Virus record (IMG/VR): IMGVR_UViG_3300033145_003233
Span: 124,001 to 188,000 of that record
Reading direction: 5' to 3' (one strand)
DNA length: 64,000 nucleotides
In this document: positions 48,019-56,093 of the stretch, one piece after another
How the letters are laid out: each line of letters opens with the position of its first letter
Numbering within the stretch: the stretch's first letter is position 1
Notes under the pieces: model-generated
Database searches by the model: none
Told to the model about the DNA's origin: nothing
What the model saw: only the letters and a program-made list of their open reading frames with translations
Program-made: the position numbers and the translations under genes

Positions 48019-48246
48019 CTAGTTACAGGTCTCATCCCCAAATAGTTCTCGATCTTCTGATTCGTCTAAAGTAGCTTTTTGCAAAAAAGCAAAAGCAGCT
48101 AAAATTATAATTGATATCTCTTCATCATTCTTAGCTCCATCTATCAAGATATTTTCTAATCTATCAAGATATTTTCTTGCTTCAGCCCAACTTTCATTGA
48201 CAACTCTTTCACATCTGATCCTATATAAATCTTCTTTTTTAGCCAT
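48019..48246 (-). CDS. hypothetical protein
   Basis: co-oriented ORF. Confidence 0.65.
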   Translation of the reverse strand: MAKKEDLYRIRCERVVNESWAEARKYLDRLENILIDGAKNDEEISIIILAAFAFLQKATLDESEDRELFGDETCN

Positions 48247-48369
48247 CCTTAGATCCCCACAAATAATATAAAAGAACTAGTCAAATATGTAACTATTAAA
48301 AATATAACAACTAATTAAACACTTTCAAGAAAAATCTTATAAATATTATATTTTTTTATATTAGGCCAT

Positions 48370-48403
48370 AAAAAATGCCCAACCTATAAAAAGCTGGGCA
48401 TTT
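48370..48403 (-). terminator. intrinsic terminator
   Basis: AAATGCCCA/TGGGCATTT stem, T run. Confidence 0.65.
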
Positions 48404-48421
48404 GATAGCTCTTAACTAGAG

Positions 48422-48862
48422 CTAAGCAGCGGAGGCAGGGATCTTCCTGCGCTTCCTTTGCCCGCTTTTTTGGAGAACAAAAACTCCTCGACTGGTTTTT
48501 TGTATCTTCCTGTCTCTATTGAGCTTGTTGTTCACCATGGTGTAAAATAGTCGGCTATTCGTGTGGTACAAATCCTGTTTCCGTATTGAAGATAGGACAT
48601 CCTGCATCGTCATCTTCTTACCAGGAACCATACTTTTTCGAATTGCGTCTCTCAAAATGACTGTATTATGCATCCTCGGCACATAACTCTTTATCCCCGC
48701 TGACTTAGAATTACGAGCTAAATAACGGGAAAGCCTTCTTTGCACCTTAGAGATCTGACGATCCATCTGTTCTTTCTGCCTTAGCAAGTCCTGTAAAGTT
48801 TGATAGTAGGCCTCTTCAGTTCTTACCGAGGCGTCCTTTCCCACTTTCTTCGTCTTCGGCAT
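48422..48862 (-). CDS. basic coiled-coil plus winged-helix-like DNA-binding protein
   Basis: start trimmed to MPKTKK; C-terminal MTMQDVL..SRGVFVL. Confidence 0.65.
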   Translation of the reverse strand: MPKTKKVGKDASVRTEEAYYQTLQDLLRQKEQMDRQISKVQRRLSRYLARNSKSAGIKSYVPRMHNTVILRDAIRKSMVPGKKMTMQDVLSSIRKQDLYHTNSRLFYTMVNNKLNRDRKIQKTSRGVFVLQKSGQRKRRKIPASAA

Positions 48863-49122
48863 TTTAAAAACTCCCAAAAAAGAAACTAATTTAGTTAAAC
48901 TATACGATAGTCTAGACAAGTATTAATATAACAGATTCTTGTTAGTAGTTCAACTCTTTTCTCTATTTTTCTATCATAGATTATGGATAGGAAATAAAGA
49001 AAATAGATATAACTTGTTAGTCTATAGGAAGTTATGTAAAATGATAAAAGTGGAAATATATTTTATTTTTTGCTAAAGTTTCTTGACAATAGATCCGAAG
49101 AATAATAAGTTCTAATTAAATA

Positions 49123-49163
49123 TCCCCGGTAGGACTCGAACCTACAACATCCAGCTTAGGAAG
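49123..49163 (-). pseudogene. 3' half of tRNA-Arg(CCT)
   Basis: CCTAA-GCTGG..GTAGG-TTCGAGT-CCTAC-CGGGGA; 5' half replaced by ORF end. Confidence 0.7.
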
Positions 49164-49368
49164 ACATTCTAGTAAGTTTCCATTTTTGAATTTTTTTCTC
49201 CATTTTTTCTTCAGCTTCTTCTTTATCTCGACCCCAAGTTTCTCCGAAATCATCTTCTATTTTAGCATCATTACAATACATAGATTGGACTTTGGTAACA
49301 TAATAATATCTATTGCCAATTGGTGGTAACAATTCTCGACTATCTATATAATATTCATACTTATTCAT
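49156..49368 (-). CDS. hypothetical protein
   Basis: GGGAG RBS; stop lies in tRNA-half anticodon loop. Confidence 0.7.
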   Translation of the reverse strand: MNKYEYYIDSRELLPPIGNRYYYVTKVQSMYCNDAKIEDDFGETWGRDKEEAEEKMEKKIQKWKLTRMSS

Positions 49369-49397
49369 TATGTTCTCCCTTGATTATACAAATGAAA

Positions 49398-49474
49398 CAC
49401 CTCAGGTAGGGATCGAACCCACATGTGTCCATTTACCCTTTCATCTGCTTAGAAGGCAGAGGGGATACTGAGGC
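49398..49474 (-). tRNA. atypical tRNA-Arg(TCT) lacking a normal D-arm
   Basis: acceptor GCCTCAG/CTGAGGT, TCTGC-CTTCTAA-GCAGA directly after a 7-nt connector, T-arm GTGGG-TTCGATC-CCTAC. Confidence 0.75.
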
Positions 49475-49479
49475 AAAAC

Positions 49480-50172
49480 CTAACTTTTTACCCATTTTCT
49501 TATTGAGTTATCAGAAACACCATATTTCCTACCAACAGCACAATAGTTAGTTTCTTCTATTTCTTGTAACAACCGTTCTTTAGACGGTCTATTTTTAACT
49601 TTTCTTTGTTCTATATCGACACAGTTTTTACACATATCTAATATAGAATATTTTTTTATTTCTTTTCCACATTTTTTACAATTATGCTTTTTTCTATTTT
49701 TTCTTCCAGCAAAAGTTTCTTGTTGACTATTGCAATTAGGACATAATAATCTTAAATTTTCTAATCTATGATCATTATTAACTCCATTTATATGATCTAA
49801 AACCATTACTAAATTTTGATTGTTATGAATTGGTAATTGATTACAAATAACACATCTATTTTCTAACATCCCATTTTGTAATAATCTTTTTTTAAGATTT
49901 CCTCTATCATAAGTAGAATTCTCTATCATAGCCTCTTTCAAAGGAAGAGATCTTTCTGGAAATTTTCTGTTTTTATTACTATTTAAACCTAGAGATATAT
50001 GAGAATAATCGATACTTTCTTCATCCAGTCTTTTTTTTAAAGCCTTATAATTACTACCTGCTATAACTAAATCAAAATACCTAATAATGGCAGCAATGCT
50101 ATCACTTTTAGCAACTATATTCTTTAATTCTTCGGTAGATATGCCCCAGATTATACTTGTTCTTTTTCTCAT
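49480..50172 (-). CDS. HNH endonuclease
   Basis: LDHINGVNNDHRLENLRLLCPNCNSQ; C-terminal HTH. Confidence 0.9.
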   Translation of the reverse strand: MRKRTSIIWGISTEELKNIVAKSDSIAAIIRYFDLVIAGSNYKALKKRLDEESIDYSHISLGLNSNKNRKFPERSLPLKEAMIENSTYDRGNLKKRLLQNGMLENRCVICNQLPIHNNQNLVMVLDHINGVNNDHRLENLRLLCPNCNSQQETFAGRKNRKKHNCKKCGKEIKKYSILDMCKNCVDIEQRKVKNRPSKERLLQEIEETNYCAVGRKYGVSDNSIRKWVKS

Positions 50173-50278
50173 CTCATTTTCTCCTATATAAATAACTTCT
50201 ATCTATATATTCGAGATAAAAGCCAGGACTCCTTTAATAAAATATTATATCCTCCTAATAAATAATAGAAATAAAAAA

Positions 50279-50350
50279 TACTCCTACAGAGAATCGAACT
50301 CTGATCTTCAGGGCGAAAACCTAATATCCTAACCGTTAGACGACAGGAGC
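50279..50350 (-). tRNA. tRNA-Glu(TTC)
   Basis: TTAGG-TTTTCGC-CCTGA. Confidence 0.85.
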
Positions 50351-50354
50351 AAAA

Positions 50355-50436
50355 TGCGGCTGAGAGGAGTCGAACCTCCACGCCTTGCGGCACAAGATTC
50401 TAAATCTTGCGTGTCTGCCAGTTTCACCACAACCGC
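50355..50436 (-). tRNA. tRNA-Leu(TAG)
   Basis: CAAGA-TTTAGAA-TCTTG, variable arm. Confidence 0.92.
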
Positions 50437-50441
50437 TTAAA

Positions 50442-50513
50442 TACGGGATACCGGACTCGAACCGATAGCTCCGACTTGGAAGGACGGCATGTTACCAATT
50501 ACACCAATCCCGC
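50442..50513 (-). tRNA. tRNA-Gly(TCC)
   Basis: CCGTC-CTTCCAA-GTCGG. Confidence 0.88.
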
Positions 50514-50520
50514 TTAATTT

Positions 50521-50643
50521 ACAGATAGGTAAGGATTTGCACCTTACAATTCTAATTTAGGGATGTTAGAATCTAACACGGGCAGGATAAATTAACTACC
50601 CCTTAGCACCCACATAATATTTACCTATTTCACCACTACCTGT
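50521..50643 (-). ncRNA. expanded tRNA-like RNA
   Basis: acceptor ACAGGTAG/CTATCTGT, D-like TGGTGAAATAGGTAAA, T-arm TAAGG-TGCAAAT-CCTTA; about 45 extra nt centrally. Confidence 0.6.
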
Positions 50644-50647
50644 CTAA

Positions 50648-50718
50648 AGGCCGATGAGGGAATCGAACCCTCTTACACACTTTTGCAGAGTGCGACCTTG
50701 CCAATCGGACAATCGGCC
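50648..50718 (-). tRNA. tRNA-Cys(GCA)
   Basis: GCACT-CTGCAAA-AGTGT. Confidence 0.88.
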
Positions 50719-50719
50719 A

Positions 50720-50793
50720 TGGGGTGATCGAGGGAATTCGAATCCCTACTCGCAGGATCACAACCTGCTGTGCTGCCATTACACCACGACCAC
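50720..50793 (-). tRNA. tRNA-His(GTG)
   Basis: G-1 and CCA encoded; GCAGG-TTGTGAT-CCTGC. Confidence 0.92.
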
Positions 50794-50795
50794 AA

Positions 50796-50876
50796 TGCCA
50801 GAAGGTGGATTTGCACCACCAAGACCTCTCGGCCACAGTTTTACAGACTGCTTGGCTCACTAATGCCTGCCCTGAC
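50796..50876 (-). tRNA. tRNA-Tyr(GTA)
   Basis: GCAGT-CTGTAAA-ACTGT, variable arm. Confidence 0.85.
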
Positions 50877-50880
50877 GGAA

Positions 50881-50952
50881 TACCCCCACCTGGAATCGAA
50901 CCAGGAACTCAAGGTTAAGAGCCTAGTATTTTCCCAATTAAACTATAGAGGC
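50881..50952 (-). tRNA. tRNA-Lys(CTT)
   Basis: CTAGG-CTCTTAA-CCTTG. Confidence 0.85.
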
Positions 50953-50955
50953 GCA

Positions 50956-51462
50956 TTAAAAGTTAAATAGATTCCTATAATAATTAGGATCCTTCATTTT
51001 TATCTCATCTTCTATTTCTATATGGCAATTTGAACAATACATATCACATTTATTAAATTCTTCAAGTATTGTCTCCCATTTTTTCGACCAAAGATTATTA
51101 ATTGTTAATCCAAAATTCTTTTGAGAAGGATCTCGATGATGAAATACCAATGCTTTAACATTCTTTTTATATCCACATCTTTTACAAGAGCCTCCCGCTT
51201 TTGCTACTAATTCTTGCTTTTTATTCCATCCTCTTTTATATATATTCCCTCTATGTTTTTGTTTAGATTCTTCACTCCAACAATAATAAGGCCCTTTTTT
51301 CTTAGCAGGACGACTAGGATCATCAGATTTTGTATTATGACCTCTATAGGGAGAACATTTTAAACAAAATTTTCTATTTCCAAGGTTCTTATTTTTTCCA
51401 TCAATTTTTGTCCAGTGAGGGATATATTCCCCACATTTTCTGCAATCTCTTTTATTACTCAT
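50956..51462 (-). CDS. HNH endonuclease
   Basis: CKRCGY..ALVFHH..KCDMYCSNCHIE. Confidence 0.88.
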   Translation of the reverse strand: MSNKRDCRKCGEYIPHWTKIDGKNKNLGNRKFCLKCSPYRGHNTKSDDPSRPAKKKGPYYCWSEESKQKHRGNIYKRGWNKKQELVAKAGGSCKRCGYKKNVKALVFHHRDPSQKNFGLTINNLWSKKWETILEEFNKCDMYCSNCHIEIEDEIKMKDPNYYRNLFNF

Positions 51463-51554
51463 TGCATATCTCCTATAAAATAACTCTTATAGAAGATATA
51501 TTCTGTAACTTAATTAAAACTCCTCTTTCTATTTACTTTTTAAGTTACAATGAA

Positions 51555-51639
51555 TGAGGGTAGGAGGATTCGAACCTCCAGCGTCCTTACGGATCCGGGT
51601 TAAAAGCCCGGTGCAGCCTACCGTATCTGCAACACCCCC
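51555..51639 (-). tRNA. tRNA-Lys(TTT) with long variable arm
   Basis: CCGGG-CTTTTAA-CCCGG; 15-nt variable region with TCC-GTAA-GGA hairpin. Confidence 0.85.
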
Positions 51640-51776
51640 TATATTTTACCTGATTTCTCTTGTTTTCGTTTCATGAGAATTTTCCTTTCTATTCTCTTTA
51701 AGAAGAATAATTAAATTTGAACAACTAACTCCTCCAGCCGCAAAACCCATACTAAACCAAAAGAGAGGATGAATTA

Positions 51777-52190
51777 GTCAATTACCTCCACCATAAAGGT
51801 GGAGGCTTGTAATTAGCGTCAGGATGACGCTACTACAATAGGCTGATTGACATCAGCCTTACTAAGGTAACATATAGTATCTTAGTAATGTTCTTTAACT
51901 AATTATAAGGATTCACTAATTACAACCGTTAACTCTAATTTAGAGTGTCTTACCTGCCGTAGGCAGGAAAGTGACTTATAAGGGCCTGTGAGTTTTACTT
52001 TAACAAGATTTGTTAAAAACTCCATACTCTTAACTTTAAAAAGAACTATTATATAATTCGTCAGAAAGTAGTTAAAACCTTTAAGAAAATGATAATTTTA
52101 GAAAAAATAAGTTTTGAGATACTTCGTCAGCCTTTGGCTGACTTAATGTCTCATTCCTCCCCTCCCACAAGAGAAGGGGTTTCCTGAGAC
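51777..52190 (+). mobile_element. non-autonomous IS200/IS605-family (IscB/TnpB-type) remnant
   Basis: starts GTCAATTA-CCTCCACC-ATAAA-GGTGGAGG-CTTG; ends CATTCCTCCCCTCCCACAAGAGAAGGGGTTTCCTG; no ORF inside. Confidence 0.6.
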
Positions 52191-52292
52191 CCGATTAATG
52201 AAGACACAAAAATAGCTGTAACTCCTATTGTAATAAGACTACTAAACATAACAGTACTTATAAATAAAGAAATAATTCGTTTCCGTTCCATA

Positions 52293-52580
52293 CTAATCTC
52301 CTTTCTTCCATAATTTTTGTAAAAATCTTATTATTTTATTAGAAGGTTTTTGAGCTTTTATCACCTCTACTATATCTGTTATATTCTTTTTTTGTCTAAA
52401 AATCTTATCACATTCTGGACAATATCTTTCGTGCAAATGAGTTTTCATTCCCCAACAAGATATAGGGATTTTTGTATGCATAGTATTTTTATTACCACAT
52501 AAAGGAATATTCCCCTCAGCAACATGATAGAAAAAACTGCTATGAATACTTTCTCTTATAACTAAATCTTTTTCACTCAT
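52293..52580 (-). CDS. hypothetical protein
   Basis: H..C..C..C motif. Confidence 0.7.
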   Translation of the reverse strand: MSEKDLVIRESIHSSFFYHVAEGNIPLCGNKNTMHTKIPISCWGMKTHLHERYCPECDKIFRQKKNITDIVEVIKAQKPSNKIIRFLQKLWKKGD

Positions 52581-52759
52581 AGATCTTCTTCTTTAATTTC
52601 TTTGCCTTTACAAGTAAAAATAATTACATCAGTTAATAATGGACAATCAGGAGGAAGATCATTATAGCTAGATGCTGTTTTTGTAATATTACATCTTGGA
52701 CCAGAAACCCCATATCCTTCTAAGAAACATTCTCCACAATTTTCTACTTCTATTTTCAT
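52577..52759 (-). CDS. Cys-rich hypothetical protein
   Basis: CGEC..C..CP. Confidence 0.68.
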   Translation of the reverse strand: MKIEVENCGECFLEGYGVSGPRCNITKTASSYNDLPPDCPLLTDVIIFTCKGKEIKEEDL

Positions 52760-53269
52760 TTATTCTAATCCTTTCTTTACTACATCCCAATCTATATGAC
52801 TCCATTTCTGATCTTTTGATTGTTCTAATAATGACTCAGCTCTTTTATTCCCATATGATAAGATTCTTTCAGCATGTTCTTCCGGTGTTATCTTCTTAGG
52901 TGCTTTATAAGGAGGAAGGCCTAAAGCCCTATTTATCTCAGGTTCTTTTTTGAGAGGTGCTCGTGCCTTTTTTAAGATCTTCTCTTTCTCTTCCTTTTCA
53001 TCTTTTTCTTTTTTCGCCGAAACAAAATCAAAACCACACCCTGGGCATTTCTTTGTAACTCCTCCTATAATGATGTTACATTCTGGGCATTTCTTTCTTC
53101 CTTGTCCCAAAGATGTATAAATTTTAGGGGCTACTACCTTATTCTTTTCTTTTAAAAGATCTTCTCTTATCTGTTTTGTGGGGAAATGATATCCACAACT
53201 ACAAAGAGAACTTCTTGCTCCTAATTCGGTGTGACAATTAGGACAATCTTTTTTACCTCTACCTGACAT
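52760..53269 (-). CDS. double zinc-ribbon protein
   Basis: GRGKKDCPNC..CSCG and GQGRKKCPEC..CPGCG. Confidence 0.8.
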   Translation of the reverse strand: MSGRGKKDCPNCHTELGARSSLCSCGYHFPTKQIREDLLKEKNKVVAPKIYTSLGQGRKKCPECNIIIGGVTKKCPGCGFDFVSAKKEKDEKEEKEKILKKARAPLKKEPEINRALGLPPYKAPKKITPEEHAERILSYGNKRAESLLEQSKDQKWSHIDWDVVKKGLE

Positions 53270-53414
53270 TGTTAATCTCCATTATTATTCGGTGCTAATA
53301 AGATAGATATTAGTCCCTACAGGAATGGTAGTTCATCCTAATATCTACACTATTTCCATTATAACTTGATTGATAGGGGCTATAAGTCCCTAGGTCATAA
53401 TGACCATCTTCAAT

Positions 53415-53924
53415 CTAATATAATGAAAAAACAGTTGTCTGGAAAATAAATGGAAATTCTGCTTTTAAATCGTTTCTAAAAACAGTATTATATTTAAAAT
53501 TAGTGGTAAGAATGATAACAGGTATTATTATGTATATGGATACAAATAGAATAAGAGGAAAAAAGTTGTCTCCTTTCTTTTTTTTATTATCATAACAATT
53601 ATCTCGAAAACATATTATATTCCATAATAATAAAAATACACAAAATATTGTATATAAAACCCAGGCTGTCTCATCGTCCATAGGCAAATCCCCCGGAGAA
53701 TCGATCCAGCTAATAACAGGCAACCAACTCCCACATAAAAAAGATACTATTATAGCTCCTATAATAGATCCCTTAAATAAGCTATAATAGTATTTCATTT
53801 CTCCTTTTACTTCATTAGCCATTATTCTTCTACGTTTGATTTTCTCCGCTTCTTTAAGGATCTTTGCTTCTTTAAGGATCTTTCTAACTTCTCTTACATT
53901 TTTTTCCCACCAGCTCTCACTCAT
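53415..53924 (-). CDS. multi-pass membrane protein
   Basis: three hydrophobic helices; reads through repeat copy 53437. Confidence 0.7.
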   Translation of the reverse strand: MSESWWEKNVREVRKILKEAKILKEAEKIKRRRIMANEVKGEMKYYYSLFKGSIIGAIIVSFLCGSWLPVISWIDSPGDLPMDDETAWVLYTIFCVFLLLWNIICFRDNCYDNKKKKGDNFFPLILFVSIYIIIPVIILTTNFKYNTVFRNDLKAEFPFIFQTTVFSLY

Positions 53925-54011
53925 GCTCTTATCCCCATTAAATTATTATTTCATAAATAGTTATTCATCCTATATAGTTATTATAGAAAAACAATTGTCT
54001 GGAAAATTAAA

Positions 54012-54087
54012 TGGGTCCTCTTGGATTTGAACCAAGGATATCCAAGTTATGAGCTTGGTGCTTTAGGCCAGGCTAAGCTAAGAACCC
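54012..54087 (-). tRNA. tRNA-Met/Ile2(CAT)
   Basis: CCAAG-CTCATAA-CTTGG. Confidence 0.88.
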
Positions 54088-54094
54088 AAAGAAG

Positions 54095-54167
54095 TGGTAC
54101 TCCCCGGAGTCGAACCGGGTCCTCAAGATTTTCAGTCTTGCGCTAAATCCACATCAGCTAGAGCACC
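54095..54167 (-). tRNA. tRNA-Phe(GAA)
   Basis: CAAGA-CTGAAAA-TCTTG. Confidence 0.9.
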
Positions 54168-54630
54168 TTTTTTGTAGATAATGAACTTCTGCATGACAAT
54201 TCTTACAGAGTAAATCACACTTTTTAGCTTCTTTCTCGAGTCTCTCCCATTTCAATAACAAACCCGAATTGCTAATTGACATCTCTTTTTCTTCTGGATC
54301 TCTATGATGAAAATCCATACTAGCAATACATTTATTATATCCACATTTTATACATTTACTTCCCTGTAACTCTATTAGAGCTTTTTTTCTTTCTTCTCTT
54401 TTATTTTTTTGATAAGACCAATATTTTTTTCTATTGTTATCTTTTTTTCTTCTGTTTTTATTGATCTCGAATTCTTGGAAAGTTTCTCCATATCTACACA
54501 GCTTAGCATGATTCCCACTCCCAAAAGGAGAACAATTAAGACAATATTTTCTCCTTTGCATATTCCTTTGTTTTCCATCAATCTTGACTTTAGTTTTAAA
54601 TTCTTCTCCGCATAATTTACATGTTTTCAT
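54154..54630 (-). CDS. HNH endonuclease
   Basis: CIKCGYNKC..MDFHH..KCDLLCKNCHAEVH; stop overlaps tRNA-Phe 5' end. Confidence 0.88.
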   Translation of the reverse strand: MKTCKLCGEEFKTKVKIDGKQRNMQRRKYCLNCSPFGSGNHAKLCRYGETFQEFEINKNRRKKDNNRKKYWSYQKNKREERKKALIELQGSKCIKCGYNKCIASMDFHHRDPEEKEMSISNSGLLLKWERLEKEAKKCDLLCKNCHAEVHYLQKRCSS

Positions 54631-54710
54631 TTTTATACCTAGATTAACAGTCGCTCTAGATATATTCGATATAATAGCTCAAAAACCTTTAATTAATAAA
54701 AACTGTTTTA

Positions 54711-54782
54711 AGCTCCCTGCCGGAATCGAACCGACTTTTCTGGAGTACGAAACCAGTAGATCACCATTTATCCTTAGGAAGC
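54711..54782 (-). tRNA. tRNA-Thr(CGT)
   Basis: CTGGT-TTCGTAC-TCCAG (one mismatch). Confidence 0.75.
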
Positions 54783-54784
54783 AA

Positions 54785-54856
54785 AGCCGATGAGAGGAGT
54801 CGAACCCCCATTCCCTGATTACAAAACAGGTGTCTTAGCCATTAGACGACAGCGGC
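54785..54856 (-). tRNA. tRNA-Thr(TGT)
   Basis: CCTGT-TTTGTAA-TCAGG. Confidence 0.82.
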
Positions 54857-54888
54857 ATGATTAAAAACTTTTACCTTCAGCATATCTT

Positions 54889-55458
54889 TTATAATTTATC
54901 TAGCATTTCTCTTGGAGTTAAATGAAAAAAAGAAAAAACCCATTTTCCATTTTTTAAATATAAATGTCTTTTTACATGACAATTCTTACAAATTATTTCA
55001 AAATTTTCCATAACATTATTTGTTCTATCTTTATCTTTATGATGAACTTCCAAAAGATACTCTTTATCTTCTGAACATCCTTCACAAACAGGATTTATAT
55101 GATTTTTTATTAACTTTCTATATATCTCCCTACCTTGAGATGTTCCATAATGAGAAGGTCTTATTTCAGGACAATTCCCTTTTAGACTTTGTGATTTTTC
55201 TTTACATTTCCTTGAGCAAAAATGGAAACCATATTTTGAATTTTTAAGCTTAGATGGAGGTCTTTCTATCTTATTATTACAATTATAACAATAAACCGTA
55301 ATCCTATTTTTACGACTTATATCATGACATTTTTTATTACAATATTTTTTAGGCTTAGAAGCATTTTTTCTTCTTAAAAATTCTTTTCTACAATATTTAC
55401 AACTATGTTTTTCTGCTCTTCTTTTTTCCCCAGATTCCATAATAAATAATTGTTCCAT
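54889..55458 (-). CDS. HNH endonuclease with CxxC repeats
   Basis: LEVHHKDKDRTNNVMENFEIICKNCHVKRH. Confidence 0.88.
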   Translation of the reverse strand: MEQLFIMESGEKRRAEKHSCKYCRKEFLRRKNASKPKKYCNKKCHDISRKNRITVYCYNCNNKIERPPSKLKNSKYGFHFCSRKCKEKSQSLKGNCPEIRPSHYGTSQGREIYRKLIKNHINPVCEGCSEDKEYLLEVHHKDKDRTNNVMENFEIICKNCHVKRHLYLKNGKWVFSFFHLTPREMLDKL

Positions 55459-55541
55459 TTAAATCTCCTATAAAATAGATATCTAACTATTATATATTCA
55501 ATATAAATGGGAGGAATCCTTCATTGCATTGCAAATTTTAA

Positions 55542-55614
55542 TGGAGACTGAGGGTTATGATCCCTCTACTGAACTTTGCAAGAGTTCTGTGATACCCGAT
55601 TTCACCAAGCCCCC
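55542..55614 (-). tRNA. tRNA-Ala(TGC)
   Basis: G3:U70; GAACT-CTTGCAA-AGTTC. Confidence 0.88.
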
Positions 55615-55645
55615 AAAGTAGCACCGCCTAAGCAGTGCTACGTTT

Positions 55646-55775
55646 GTAGATGTGTGTGAGCAAATAAGGATTTAGCGTGCTGCCATTACACTATAGGATT
55701 GATCTCTCAATCCTAGCAAGATTCGAACTTGCTCTGCTCGTTCCGTAGACGATAACTTATTCACATTCAACCTAC
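55646..55775 (-). ncRNA. circularly permuted tRNA-Arg(ACG)-like RNA
   Basis: order: anticodon arm, T-arm, acceptor 3' strand, GAGA loop, acceptor 5' strand, D-arm; termini complementary. Confidence 0.8.
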
Positions 55776-55779
55776 GTAA

Positions 55780-55854
55780 TCGGAGTATCCGGATTTGAAC
55801 CGAAATTATTCCTGGCCCCAAACCAGGTGCCATACCAAATTAGGCGATACTCCG
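55780..55854 (-). tRNA. tRNA-Pro(TGG)
   Basis: CCTGG-TTTGGGG-CCAGG. Confidence 0.88.
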
Positions 55855-55863
55855 TATAATTAA

Positions 55864-55936
55864 TCTGGGCGGAAGGATTTGAACCTTCACCCCCTGGCTC
55901 CAGACCAGGAATGCTGCCAAGTAACACTTCGCCCAG
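55864..55936 (-). tRNA. tRNA-Pro(TGG), second copy with atypical loop (C33, A37)
   Basis: CCTGG-TCTGGAG-CCAGG. Confidence 0.75.
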
Positions 55937-56002
55937 GACAGACAAAAACTCCATAGCTATGAAACTATGAAGTTTTGTCTAATATTAACATTTGTTTAAG
56001 AA

Positions 56003-56077
56003 TTGCGGGAGGTGGATTTGAACCACCGACCTTCAGGTTATGAGCCTGACAAGCTAACCAAACTGCTCTACCCCGCT
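56003..56077 (-). tRNA. initiator-type tRNA-Met(CAT)
   Basis: 1:72 mismatch, GCGGGGTAGAGCAG, TCAGG-CTCATAA-CCTGA. Confidence 0.9.
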
Positions 56078-56093
56078 ATGTTTTTAATAATAG

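Noticed and set aside
50521-50643. tRNA-Sec serving the UGA at 505
   Set aside because: No UCA anticodon loop and no 6-bp D stem.
662-55247. Most plus-strand track ORFs (e.g. 662, 4438, 10125, 19297, 22467, 27867, 42110, 55020) and nested minus ORFs (4900, 30506, 31908, 54375)
   Set aside because: Antisense or alternate-frame shadows of better-supported genes, with F/I/L/S-rich composition typical of AT-rich reverse frames.
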